Below are positions 30,406 through 39,427 of a DNA stretch of 64,000 nucleotides, piece after piece; positions within the stretch are counted from its first letter, which is position 1, and every line of letters starts with the position of its first letter. Origin of the DNA: Candidatus Nomurabacteria bacterium (GTDB lineage: Bacteria; Patescibacteriota; Minisyncoccia; Phycocordibacterales; UBA9973); NCBI GenBank assembly GCA_025361085.1, contig JANYAX010000036.1, forward strand, positions 7,208 through 71,207, in the 5' to 3' direction. The notes beneath the pieces were generated by a model, which ran no database searches, was not told the DNA's origin, and saw only the letters and a program-made list of their open reading frames with translations. The translations under genes were made by a program, and so were the position numbers.

Positions 30406-31860
30406 ATGTCAAAAGAGTATTACACGACCATTGGTCTCGAAATTCATGCCGAGCTTAACACCAAATCAAAGATGTTTTGTGGTTGCAAAAACGATCCAGA
30501 TGAAGAAAAACCAAATGTAAATATTTGCCCTGTGTGTATGGCACACCCAGGTACTCTCCCTGTGATCAATAAAAAAGCAGTTGAAAATGTTATAAAAGTT
30601 GGGCTTGCACTCGGAGCCAACATTGCCGATTTTACAGAATTCGACCGCAAGAATTATTTTTACCCCGATATACCTAAGGCGTATCAGATTTCGCAATATA
30701 AATTTCCCATTGTCTCAGGTGGTAATCTAAAAGGTGTAGATATTACTCGCGTGCACCTAGAAGAAGATACTGCGACTTCCAAACACGACAGGGGGGATTA
30801 TTCTCTTGTAGATTTCAATCGCGCCGGAGTTCCTCTCATGGAACTTGTGACCGAACCTGTAATTCATTCTGCAAAGCAAGCAGGGGAATTTGGTCGTGAA
30901 CTCCAACTTTTGCTTCGCTATTTAGGAGTGTCTGAAGCAAACATGGAAAAGGGTGAAATGCGAGTAGAGCTTAATATTTCAATTTCAGAAGACCCAAAAG
31001 TTTTAGGTACAAAGGTTGAAGTGAAAAATATCAATTCATTCCGCGCCATGGAGCGTGCCGCCCTATATGAGACAAAACGAATGGCCAAACTTCTTGACGA
31101 AGGACGTGGTAATGAAATAATTCAAGAGACACGCGGTTGGGATGAGAATAAGCAATCAACATTTTCTCAACGCACGAAAGAAAATGCTAATGATTACCGT
31201 TATTTCCCAGATCCAGATTTACCGAAATTATTCTTGAATAAAATATTTGATATCAAAAAGATGCAAAGTGAATTGCCTGAACTTCCAGAGCAAAGAAGAA
31301 ATCGCTACCGTAATGATTATAGAATAAAAGATGAAGATATTGAAAGTTATATAACAGATAAAGAATTAGGTGATTGGTTTGAAAAAGTAGCCACTGTATT
31401 TTTGCAAGGTATTTCCTCGAGTGGTGAAGCGGAGAGAGATGATTCCTTAGCAAAAATACGTACCGCTTCCAACTACATAACTTCTGATTACTTGGGTCTT
31501 AAAAAGAATAATATGGAAGTCCGACTTCCAAGTGAAGAAAATTTTGCTGAACTTATAAACATGGTAAATGATAATAAAATTTCTTCAAGAGGAGCAAAAG
31601 ATATATTGGTTATGATTGTGTTAAACGATGAATCACCAAAGAAAATAGCCGAAGAAAAAGGAATGATTCAGAATCACGACGAAGGAACACTTAAAGAAAT
31701 CGTCCAAAAAGTTATAGACGCAAATCCAAACGTCGTCGCCACATATAAAAGTGGCAAAGAAAATGCTATAATGTCATTAGTTGGTCAAATTATGAAAGAA
31801 TCAAAGGGGTCGGCAAACCCACAACTTGTTCAGAAATTATTAAAAGAATTAATAAAATAA
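30406..31860 (+). CDS. gatB: Asp/Glu-tRNA amidotransferase subunit B
   Basis: IGLEIHAEL, DRKNYFYPD, HLEED, DFNRAGVPLMELVTEP, YRYFPDPDL. Confidence 0.98.
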   Translation: MSKEYYTTIGLEIHAELNTKSKMFCGCKNDPDEEKPNVNICPVCMAHPGTLPVINKKAVENVIKVGLALGANIADFTEFDRKNYFYPDIPKAYQISQYKFPIVSGGNLKGVDITRVHLEEDTATSKHDRGDYSLVDFNRAGVPLMELVTEPVIHSAKQAGEFGRELQLLLRYLGVSEANMEKGEMRVELNISISEDPKVLGTKVEVKNINSFRAMERAALYETKRMAKLLDEGRGNEIIQETRGWDENKQSTFSQRTKENANDYRYFPDPDLPKLFLNKIFDIKKMQSELPELPEQRRNRYRNDYRIKDEDIESYITDKELGDWFEKVATVFLQGISSSGEAERDDSLAKIRTASNYITSDYLGLKKNNMEVRLPSEENFAELINMVNDNKISSRGAKDILVMIVLNDESPKKIAEEKGMIQNHDEGTLKEIVQKVIDANPNVVATYKSGKENAIMSLVGQIMKESKGSANPQLVQKLLKELIK

Positions 31861-31864
31861 ATAT

Positions 31865-32893
31865 ATGGATAAAAAATTACGGGTTGCGGTGAATGGTTTT
31901 GGGAGAATCGGTCGGGCATTTTTGAAAATCGCTTGGGAAAGAGATGATATTGAAATAGTCGCAGTTAATGATTTGGGCTCTATAGAGAGCTTGGCATATT
32001 TGCTTCGTCACGACACTGTTTACAGAAACTTGAATCACAAAGTAGAAACAAAAGAAGGAGCTCTTGTTATTGATAGCAAAGAAGTTAAATTCATTTCCGA
32101 GAAAGATACAACCAAGTTGCCTTGGAAAGATTTAAATATTGACGTGGTTGTTGAATCGACAGGTCTCTTTACTTCATTTGATAAAGCAAAATTCCACATT
32201 GATTGCGGAGCTAAAAAGGTTGTTATATCTGCTCCTTCTAAGGGGGCCGAAAGCACAGTTCACGGCGAAACAATATTGCTCGGCATCAATGAAGAAAAGT
32301 TTGGCACTTGTGATATCACTTCAAACGCATCATGTACGACAAATGCTGCGAGCCCACTTATCGCTATTTTGCATGAATCAATCGGCATAGAGAAAGCAAT
32401 TCTAAACACTGTTCATGGGTACACAGCGACTCAAGCCCTCGTAGACGGCCCAAGCAAGAAAGACCTTCGTGAGGGTCGTGCTGCAGCCCAAAACATCATT
32501 CCAAGCTCAACTGGCGCCGCTATCGCCGTTACAGAAGCCTTTCCAGTCTTAAAAGGACTTTTCGATGGTATCTCTATTCGCGTTCCAGTCCCTGCTGGCT
32601 CGATTGTAGATATTACTTTCATCGCCAAAAGAGAAACCACCAAAGAAGAAGTAAATGAAATTTTGAAAAAAGCATCGCAAGATGCACGTTGGAACAAATT
32701 ATTTACTGTCACTACCGATAATCTAGTTTCGTCTGACATTCTCGGTGAATCACACCCATGCATAGCCGACCTTGAAATGACTCGCGTCGTTGGTGGCAAC
32801 CTCGTCAAAGTTCTCGGCTGGTATGACAATGAGATGGGGTATACAGCGACCCTCGTCGAACATGTAATCAAAACGGGGAGAACAATAATATAA
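31865..32893 (+). CDS. gap: Glyceraldehyde-3-phosphate dehydrogenase; 3' end supplied by the prophage
   Basis: NGFGRIGR, ASCTTN, WYDNEMGY; attL lies within the last ~20 codons. Confidence 0.98.
   Translation: MDKKLRVAVNGFGRIGRAFLKIAWERDDIEIVAVNDLGSIESLAYLLRHDTVYRNLNHKVETKEGALVIDSKEVKFISEKDTTKLPWKDLNIDVVVESTGLFTSFDKAKFHIDCGAKKVVISAPSKGAESTVHGETILLGINEEKFGTCDITSNASCTTNAASPLIAILHESIGIEKAILNTVHGYTATQALVDGPSKKDLREGRAAAQNIIPSSTGAAIAVTEAFPVLKGLFDGISIRVPVPAGSIVDITFIAKRETTKEEVNEILKKASQDARWNKLFTVTTDNLVSSDILGESHPCIADLEMTRVVGGNLVKVLGWYDNEMGYTATLVEHVIKTGRTII
32834..32844 (+). other. attL core
   Basis: ATGGGGTATAC inside gap codons M-G-Y-T. Confidence 0.88.
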
Positions 32894-32914
32894 AAATAGT
32901 TTTCTAGTAATTAG

Positions 32915-32948
32915 AAAAAGCTCTGCTAAATATAGCAGGGCTTTTTTT
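32915..32948 (+). terminator. Intrinsic terminator after the reconstituted gap (phage DNA)
   Basis: GCTCTGCTA-AATA-TAGCAGGGC-TTTTTTT. Confidence 0.85.
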
Positions 32949-33007
32949 ATGGCCTGCTCGTCAATCAAACAGGTCGAATTATTAGAAACTAATTAAAGAG
33001 AAATAAC

Positions 33008-33163
33008 ATGTTAAAAGAAATTATAACTACTCTCGGAATTAGCAATGTGATCATAACCATCGCACTTTTAGGAATCATATTCTTTCTAGCTGCTAACTGG
33101 TTTGTTTACTTCATCGCTAGGTCTTGGAGCAAGGGAATCATGGCAGGTAAAAACTCTTACTAA
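33008..33163 (+). CDS. Phage small membrane protein (51 aa, not in the ORF track)
   Basis: MLKEIITTLGISNVIITIALLGIIFFLAANWFVYFIARSW...; first ORF of the early region. Confidence 0.6.
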   Translation: MLKEIITTLGISNVIITIALLGIIFFLAANWFVYFIARSWSKGIMAGKNSY

Positions 33164-33167
33164 TTTT

Positions 33168-33479
33168 ATGCTCACAAGAGAAAAGTTAGATGGATGGTTC
33201 AATGATAGAAACAAAATCAGTTTAAAAATTGATTTAAAAAGCAAAGTTGAATGTGACCATATGTGTTCCGGAAATTGTAGACGAGTTGGTTGCAATTGTG
33301 AATGCGGAGAATGGCACAAAGAAAGTGATGTTTGTGAGATGTGCGGAGGTACCGGAGAAGTCAGCTGTGACGAAAGAGACAGGGACGGAAACTGGGAACG
33401 AGGTACAGGAACACAAATGTGCGAATGCAGACTTGATAACGAAATAGATATGAGCGGTGCTAGTGAGGGGGATAGATAA
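33168..33479 (+). CDS. Phage Cys-rich zinc-finger protein
   Basis: CDHMCSGNC..CNCEC, CEMCGGTG, CEC; start at ATG 33168. Confidence 0.7.
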   Translation: MLTREKLDGWFNDRNKISLKIDLKSKVECDHMCSGNCRRVGCNCECGEWHKESDVCEMCGGTGEVSCDERDRDGNWERGTGTQMCECRLDNEIDMSGASEGDR

Positions 33480-33509
33480 AATTATTCGTCGAAAAATAAT
33501 TAATTAATA

Positions 33510-33597
33510 GACTTACGCCCATACACAGCACCTCATTTGCTCTGAATAAGAGCTACCACTCGTAAGTCGGTAAAGGGATGAGGTGTGTTGCATGGGG
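33510..33597 (+). ncRNA. Candidate pseudoknotted leader RNA upstream of the recombination module
   Basis: CACCTCAT/ATGAGGTG and CCCAT/ATGGG outer stem; GCTCT/AGAGC and TACC/GGTA hairpins; GACTTACG (33510) complementary to loop CGTAAGTC (33561). Confidence 0.55.
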
Positions 33598-33607
33598 AAC
33601 TAAATGT

Positions 33608-34138
33608 ATGACAAAAATTATAAAGAAAAAAGAGAAAGGGATCAGTAGACACTGGAAAAACTTTCTAGATAAAGATTACTTAGGTTCTCACAATTTAGAA
33701 ATTGGAGAAGAACTACTCGTGACAATCGCAAAGTTTGAGGGAGAAGAAGAGGTTAGAAACACAAAAGGAGGAACAAGTGCAAAGCAGGTTGTTTATTTTA
33801 AAGAAGAGGTCCCAAAAATGATAATGAACATTACAAACGGCAACACAATTGCATCTTTGTATGGTTCACATCCGGATAAATGGATTGGAAAGCAAATACA
33901 GATTTACAGTACACAGGTACCATTCGGTAAAAAACAAGTTGATGCTCTTAGAGTGAGAGATGTGATTCCAAAAATTAACGTCAACGCAGATGCTCACATC
34001 ACAGTGCTTGAAGCAGCGACAACAATTGATGAACTAAAAGAAGCTTTCAAATCTCTTCCGGTATCAGCACAGAAGAATGCTGATGTAGTCGCAAGAAAGG
34101 ATGCTCTAAAAATAAAATTAACAACTAACACTCAATAA
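33608..34138 (+). CDS. Phage protein, probable ssDNA-annealing/recombination partner of the exonuclease
   Basis: HWK...DYLG, MNITN, YG...DKWIGKQIQIY, LRVR pattern recalled from phage genes next to YqaJ exonucleases; position in the module. Confidence 0.6.
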   Translation: MTKIIKKKEKGISRHWKNFLDKDYLGSHNLEIGEELLVTIAKFEGEEEVRNTKGGTSAKQVVYFKEEVPKMIMNITNGNTIASLYGSHPDKWIGKQIQIYSTQVPFGKKQVDALRVRDVIPKINVNADAHITVLEAATTIDELKEAFKSLPVSAQKNADVVARKDALKIKLTTNTQ

Positions 34139-34140
34139 TC

Positions 34141-34887
34141 ATGAAAATAATTAAAGGACTAGAACAAGGGACACAAGAATGGTTAGAATCTCGCAGATGT
34201 ATGGTAACAGGTACAAAAATGGACAGTGTTATGGGTACACCTCTAGATCAATTAATGCTTATTTGTGAATTAATTGCAGAAGAAGCAACAGAGCAGACAA
34301 AAGCTTTCAAATCTACACCAGAAATGGAGAGAGGAACAGCTGAGGAAGTTTTCGCTAGAAAACATTTTGAGCAGTTAACAGACAAGAAAGTGACTCAACT
34401 AGGATTCTGTATCTCAGATGAATTCAAGTATCTAGGTATCTCTGGCGATGGATGGATTAAAAACAAAAAAGGAGTTTACGAAGAAGCATTCGAGAACAAA
34501 TCTCCAGATAGTAAAAATGCTATTTTCTATCAACTCGCAGATAAAATACCTGCACAAGAATTAGGACTTGGAACATGGTCCAAACCTACAAAAACAGAGC
34601 CAGAGCCAGTCTTTAAAGAGTCTGCTAAAGCTCCATTCTTAGGCATACCCGCTCAATACAAGTGGCAAGTAGTAACTTACTTCATCGTGAACACAGATCT
34701 AAAGACTTTATACTTCTCAGTTTATGATGCTCGTTTCATCGATGACGAAACTAAAATGCACATCATTAAAGTTGAACGCAGTAATCCATTAATGCAGGAT
34801 GCGATCGCAGAAGCAATAGCAGAATTAATCGTCTTTCGTAAGAAGTGGCTCAAGTATAAAGACGCAGTATTAACAACTAATTTCTAA
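34141..34887 (+). CDS. YqaJ/lambda-exonuclease-like 5'-3' exonuclease
   Basis: EQGTQEWLESR, MERGTAEE, GISGDG, ENK (PD-(D/E)xK), YKWQV. Confidence 0.9.
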   Translation: MKIIKGLEQGTQEWLESRRCMVTGTKMDSVMGTPLDQLMLICELIAEEATEQTKAFKSTPEMERGTAEEVFARKHFEQLTDKKVTQLGFCISDEFKYLGISGDGWIKNKKGVYEEAFENKSPDSKNAIFYQLADKIPAQELGLGTWSKPTKTEPEPVFKESAKAPFLGIPAQYKWQVVTYFIVNTDLKTLYFSVYDARFIDDETKMHIIKVERSNPLMQDAIAEAIAELIVFRKKWLKYKDAVLTTNF

Positions 34888-34896
34888 TTATTATTT

Positions 34897-35211
34897 ATGG
34901 CTAACGAAAAAATCTTTGCTGATGGTATGCACTTCCAAAAAAGAGATGGTGCTCCTACCTTTGTGGTAGGGCAAGTCTCTTTCAAAGTACCGGAAGTTAT
35001 ACCGTTCTTAAACAAGCATCAGAATAATGCCGGATACGTCAATGTAGACATCAAAATAAGCCAAGGTGGCAAGTATTACATGGAATTAAACACATACAAG
35101 CCTACTAATAATGTAGTTAAGCAAGAAGAGAGAAATCAAAGTGAATTAAATAACCTAGATACGATCGAGTATCCGGAGGAACAAATTAACCCAGAGGATA
35201 TTCCTTTTTAA
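34897..35211 (+). CDS. Probable phage single-stranded DNA-binding protein
   Basis: Small beta-rich domain with acidic tail ending EDIPF. Confidence 0.7.
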   Translation: MANEKIFADGMHFQKRDGAPTFVVGQVSFKVPEVIPFLNKHQNNAGYVNVDIKISQGGKYYMELNTYKPTNNVVKQEERNQSELNNLDTIEYPEEQINPEDIPF

Positions 35212-35214
35212 TCT

Positions 35215-35919
35215 ATGGCTAACCAATGGTTTAAATTTTATGGCGGAGAATATTTGTCGGATCCAAAGATCCTGCAACTTACCGCTCAAGAACGTAGCTG
35301 TTGGGTTACCCTTTTGTGTCTCGCAAATCAGAGTGAAAATGGAGTGGTTAAGTTTTTATCAGAGAAGCAGTTACTTGCATTATCTGGTATCACAGAGCCA
35401 CTCCATAACATTCTGGAAAAATTCAAAGATTTAGAGATGATACGGATTTGTAACGGAGTTGTAACGATAAAGAATTGGGAAAAGAGACAGATGTCTGAAT
35501 CATATTCTAGGGTAAAGAATTTTAGGAAACGCCAGAGTAACGCCAATGATAACGATAGAAGAGAAGAGAAGAGAATAGAAGAGAATAAGAAAGAGATAGA
35601 GTTACCTATTTGGATAAATAAAAATGCATGGAATGCATGGGTGCAGTATAGGAAAGAAAAAAAGAAAACACTCACACCAACATCTATCAAATTGCAATTA
35701 AAGTTTTTAGAAGAGAATCAGAAAGACCACGCACAGATCATCAAAAATTCAATAACGAACGGATGGACCGGATTATTTGCCTTAAAAGATGAATCAAAAG
35801 GCAACAAAAGAACTCCTCCACGATTAACAGAGCCAAATACAAGTAAGGAGGATAATGACAGAAGAAATTTTTTGGATAAACAGTCGAGAGATTTAGCAAG
35901 TAACATGAGTGTGAATTAA
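35215..35919 (+). CDS. Phage replication initiator (replisome-organizer type)
   Basis: WFKFY...LSDPKI, IKNWEKRQ, RVKNFRKRQ, charged linker, C-terminal W..W..YR...NGWTGLF. Confidence 0.85.
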   Translation: MANQWFKFYGGEYLSDPKILQLTAQERSCWVTLLCLANQSENGVVKFLSEKQLLALSGITEPLHNILEKFKDLEMIRICNGVVTIKNWEKRQMSESYSRVKNFRKRQSNANDNDRREEKRIEENKKEIELPIWINKNAWNAWVQYRKEKKKTLTPTSIKLQLKFLEENQKDHAQIIKNSITNGWTGLFALKDESKGNKRTPPRLTEPNTSKEDNDRRNFLDKQSRDLASNMSVN

Positions 35920-35922
35920 TTT

Positions 35923-36204
35923 ATGACAATGACAATGAATATTCAACAAACATCACTATTTGCCTATATCAACGAAGTAAAGCCAACACTAGGACATAGA
36001 CAAAAGGTTATATACGAAGCATTTGGAACTAGAGACAATTTTACAAACTCAGAGATGTCCGCTTATCTTAATTGGCCTATCAATACAGTAGTCCCAAGGG
36101 TAAATGAATTGCGAAAGGTTGGTCTAGTAAGACAATCGTGCATCAGAACGTGCAAAGTTACAGGTCGAAATGTTATCGCATGGGAAGTAGGAAAGATTGT
36201 ATGA
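35923..36204 (+). CDS. Phage winged-helix DNA-binding protein
   Basis: TNSEMSAYLNWPINTVVPRVNELRKVGLV. Confidence 0.75.
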   Translation: MTMTMNIQQTSLFAYINEVKPTLGHRQKVIYEAFGTRDNFTNSEMSAYLNWPINTVVPRVNELRKVGLVRQSCIRTCKVTGRNVIAWEVGKIV

Positions 36205-36359
36205 AAAAGAAGATGAAACATTTTTGCAGGTTATATAAATACATCTGCGTAATGTGTGGAAAGGAAAGACACAAGAGACATTTTGTTCAAGAGGGAGAAA
36301 TTTGTACAAGTTGCGAGAGATTAAGAGTCAGCGATAATCAACAACAATTATTTAATTAA
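36201..36359 (+). CDS. Phage small zinc-finger protein
   Basis: CVMC...CTSC; ATGA overlap with the upstream stop. Confidence 0.6.
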   Translation: MKKKMKHFCRLYKYICVMCGKERHKRHFVQEGEICTSCERLRVSDNQQQLFN

Positions 36360-36362
36360 AAC

Positions 36363-36929
36363 ATGACAAGCTATCCTAACAAATCGAAATCAATCCCCAC
36401 TTACGAATCACAACACTTTAGTGGACTCGTAGTGGTCCATCCGGATACAGGCAAGAATGCTATCCGGATCAATGATGAGAAAGGATACTACTATTTTTTA
36501 AGTCAGAAATGCAAAGTTGGAGATACCATATCGGTTTACTACACGAACAAGAAGCCCAAGAGAACAGATTCGCAGAATAGATACCTACATGAATATCTAT
36601 CGCTTATATCACTCTCATGCGGTCATACAGTCGAAGAGTTAAAGATATGGATTAAAGGGAAGTTTCTATCGAAAGGAATTACAGAAGTATTTGGAGAGAA
36701 AGTAAGAAAGGTTAAAGGCACATCGGAGTTAAACATAAGTGAGTTTGCAGAATTGATTGAAAGGATTGAAGAGACAACAGAGATACCGGCACCAGAAACA
36801 GATTTATTTAAGATGCCTCATTCAAATCAAGAACACGAGAGACTCAAACGAGAGCAAATATCACATTATTCAAGTTTAAAACCAAGTCGAGCATTAACAC
36901 ATATTCAACACAAAGCAAATGTCAACTGA
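36363..36929 (+). CDS. NinB/Orf-like recombination accessory protein
   Basis: KRTDSQNRYLH and TSELNISEFAELIERIE motifs. Confidence 0.75.
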   Translation: MTSYPNKSKSIPTYESQHFSGLVVVHPDTGKNAIRINDEKGYYYFLSQKCKVGDTISVYYTNKKPKRTDSQNRYLHEYLSLISLSCGHTVEELKIWIKGKFLSKGITEVFGEKVRKVKGTSELNISEFAELIERIEETTEIPAPETDLFKMPHSNQEHERLKREQISHYSSLKPSRALTHIQHKANVN

Positions 36930-37401
36930 TTCATACAAATTAAAGGGCGACATAGTTTCAAAAATCTACGACAGCATATGCGAGGGTCTCACAGATGTTC
37001 AGATAGCAAAGAAGTACAACATAGATCATTCAACTGTTTATTATTACAGGAAAAAAGAATTTAACCTCAGACATAATCTAGGTCCAGTCAGAGAAAAAAA
37101 GATTATAAAACCAGTATCTAAAAAAGTGCATCACATCTTTACTCCGACAATGCCTAAGCTTAAGAAAATACACGAGAGCAAGAGAGACCTAGAAGATCAT
37201 GAACCTAAGCACACAACAAAAACCTATATGGAAATACAGCAAGAAGAAGAGGATAAAAGATTGAGTCGTATATCGCATTGTGATCACGTTCATTGGATAC
37301 GAAGATGCTCAAGTTGCGGAGTGATACTTGAAAGCGATGCACAGGTCAATGAGCATTATTTTAATAAAGAAAAGCCACACGTTAAAGAGATAATTTTATG
37401 A
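36919..37401 (+). CDS. Phage HTH protein with C-terminal Zn-binding motif
   Basis: LTDVQIAKKYNIDHSTVYYY; CDH...CSSC. Confidence 0.7.
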   Translation: MSTDSYKLKGDIVSKIYDSICEGLTDVQIAKKYNIDHSTVYYYRKKEFNLRHNLGPVREKKIIKPVSKKVHHIFTPTMPKLKKIHESKRDLEDHEPKHTTKTYMEIQQEEEDKRLSRISHCDHVHWIRRCSSCGVILESDAQVNEHYFNKEKPHVKEIIL

Positions 37402-37751
37402 CAGAGCAGAGAACAATGAAAAATGTTCCTATGGAGGAAAGAAAAAAGATTCTCCTAGATTTACAAATAATGAAGTCTAGAGATGTGAGGGAAAAATATA
37501 ACATCACAAACAACACTCTCGGACATATCAGATTCTTTTATGGAAAATCAAACGCAGTTGCAGGAGGATACTTTCATAAAGATTTATTACAAGGTGCAGT
37601 GAATCCATTAGTTGAAAAAATAAGAGAGTTAAAACGCAAAGGTAGGAATTCATTAGAAGTAGCGAGAGAGTTGAGAGTCGACCTCGCTACGATAAATAAA
37701 AATTGGGTAGATGAAATTCAACATGAAGAAGAAATGCAAATGTGTATTTGA
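37398..37751 (+). CDS. Phage protein with HTH-like motifs
   Basis: SRDVREKYNITNNTL and NSLEVARELRVDLATINK. Confidence 0.6.
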   Translation: MTEQRTMKNVPMEERKKILLDLQIMKSRDVREKYNITNNTLGHIRFFYGKSNAVAGGYFHKDLLQGAVNPLVEKIRELKRKGRNSLEVARELRVDLATINKNWVDEIQHEEEMQMCI

Positions 37752-37863
37752 GAATGGAAAGCTTTTGATGAGATGTGCCGAGTGTAGAAAAGAATTTAAT
37801 AAGCCGAAGTCTTGTCCGACTTGTCATGCTGATTTACCACCTAACCATCCTTTGAGGAAATAA
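37723..37863 (+). CDS. Phage small zinc-finger protein (46 aa, not in the ORF track)
   Basis: MKKKCKC...CAEC...CPTCH; fills the gap before 37870. Confidence 0.5.
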   Translation: MKKKCKCVFENGKLLMRCAECRKEFNKPKSCPTCHADLPPNHPLRK

Positions 37864-37869
37864 AAAGTC

Positions 37870-38100
37870 ATGAAATTAGAAATAACATTTTACGCCGACA
37901 CATTCAGACATACTGAAATAGAGATAGACGATATTATTGACAAACAACTTCCACTATGTAGCTGCAATCTTATAAGCATGGGAGATCACTACTGCCAAAG
38001 AGGAAAAATGATACAAAACTGGTTGGCAGAAAAAATGCATGAACAATTTTATTATACAGGGAAAATTATGTTAATAACTGGTAAAAAAATAAACATATGA
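37870..38100 (+). CDS. Phage hypothetical protein
   Basis: Tightly packed ORF with ATGA coupling to the next gene. Confidence 0.6.
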   Translation: MKLEITFYADTFRHTEIEIDDIIDKQLPLCSCNLISMGDHYCQRGKMIQNWLAEKMHEQFYYTGKIMLITGKKINI

Positions 38101-38297
38101 CCAACAAAACAAAAAGACAAATGATTGAGGAAACAAATCAATTCTTGCGTGATAGGTCTTGGGATTTTAGAGTCAGCAGCTTATCCGGTGCAATACGAGT
38201 AAAGAGAACATTGTCGTTTAAGTTGTGGGCGTTAAGGAAAGCATGGGATGAATTAATGGTCGTGATTATAAACGCATTTAAGAATCTAAAAAAATGA
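38097..38297 (+). CDS. Phage hypothetical protein
   Basis: ATGA overlaps on both sides. Confidence 0.6.
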   Translation: MTNKTKRQMIEETNQFLRDRSWDFRVSSLSGAIRVKRTLSFKLWALRKAWDELMVVIINAFKNLKK

Positions 38298-38719
38298 CAA
38301 GACTAGAAATCATATTTGAGTTAGCAAAGTATTGTCCATCAGTGATCTACCAAAAGATACTCCACTGGCCGACAGAAGAATTGAATCTACTCCTAGAAAT
38401 ATATAAAAACGATTCAAGAAATCTAGAGACATTACTAAATATATTTAAGAGGTTAGATAAGGTCTTTGAAAAAATAGAAAAAGAAACACCAAAAGAGTTT
38501 GAACTATTTGAAATATCGTTGGTGCCAGTAGACAAAACAAGTGGCTACAAAATGGACTTATGGAGTTATTTATCAGAATTTTTTGGAGGCACATCTGTAT
38601 CAATCCCCAAGCACTGCAAACTTTGTGGAATAGAGAGAAAAGGTACTTTTATAACTGGCTATTACTTCGATTGTGAATGGATGCATAACATTGATGAATT
38701 AATAAAATCATGCAAGTAA
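38294..38719 (+). CDS. Phage hypothetical protein
   Basis: Coupled ORF; C-terminal CKLC...C. Confidence 0.6.
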   Translation: MTRLEIIFELAKYCPSVIYQKILHWPTEELNLLLEIYKNDSRNLETLLNIFKRLDKVFEKIEKETPKEFELFEISLVPVDKTSGYKMDLWSYLSEFFGGTSVSIPKHCKLCGIERKGTFITGYYFDCEWMHNIDELIKSCK

Positions 38720-39105
38720 TTAATTTCACAGTCTCCGGCAATCAAGAAGATCCAAAAGGAAACCCTCTCGGCTACCACAGGACCACACAGAAAGCGAAAT
38801 GGGCACCATCACATCAACGATATGAGAAATGGAAAGGCCACGTCATACAAGCATTCAATCGCACCGGATACAGAGATAATAAAAATCTAAATGTAAAACC
38901 TATCGCAATATCGAAAGAACATCCGGCCAGAGTAGACATAGACATCGAATACGCAAACGAGATACGGCCAGATAATGACAATGTTCTAAAGGGGGTATTA
39001 GATGCATTGTTTGTGAATGATAAATTCGTTATGGCAGGAAGTTTCAAATCATTAATAGCACCCGATAGAGTCGGTCGGGTTAAGGTAAAAGTGACACTTT
39101 ATTAA
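38710..39105 (+). CDS. rusA: RusA-family Holliday junction resolvase
   Basis: RPDNDNVLKGVLDAL...NDKFV catalytic signature. Confidence 0.88.
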   Translation: MQVINFTVSGNQEDPKGNPLGYHRTTQKAKWAPSHQRYEKWKGHVIQAFNRTGYRDNKNLNVKPIAISKEHPARVDIDIEYANEIRPDNDNVLKGVLDALFVNDKFVMAGSFKSLIAPDRVGRVKVKVTLY

Positions 39106-39106
39106 G

Positions 39107-39265
39107 ATGGAAGAAATGGAATTGATTAATGCTTATTGTTTCGGATTGATAAAAAGAGCAAAAGAAACAGAAGCACAAAAAATGACAATCACGCAGGAAA
39201 ATGTGAAGTATCTAGATGAGGAATTAGGAGACTGGAAAATCACAGTTGAAAAAATAAATAATTAA
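39107..39265 (+). CDS. Phage hypothetical protein (52 aa, not in the ORF track)
   Basis: MEEMELINAYCFG...GDWKITVEKINN; starts 1 nt after the rusA stop. Confidence 0.5.
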   Translation: MEEMELINAYCFGLIKRAKETEAQKMTITQENVKYLDEELGDWKITVEKINN

Positions 39266-39273
39266 TAATAACC

Positions 39274-39412
39274 GAGGATCATCTCTACCAACCAAACCGA
39301 TACCACTCCGCAAGGAGAGTTATAAAGTTACCGCTTGATTTGTGCCATTATTTCGACCAATGGCAGGGGGACCAAGCAGAAAGGACATCGGTGATTGGTA
39401 AAGGTGATTCTC
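39274..39412 (+). ncRNA. Candidate structured RNA between the early region and the packaging genes
   Basis: GAGGATCATCT/AGGTGATTCTC, TACCAA/TTGGTA, ACCGAT/ATCGGT nested stems closing CTCC-GCAA-GGAG and GCTTG..TGCCATT/AATGGCA..CAAGC arms. Confidence 0.6.
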
Positions 39413-39427
39413 AAAAAACAAAAACCA

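Noticed and set aside
33510-33597. HDV-like/theta or hammerhead ribozyme call
   Set aside because: The nested topology is suggestive, but the catalytic C in J4/2, the canonical L3 and the CUGAUGA/GAAA core are absent; kept only as an unassigned structured RNA.
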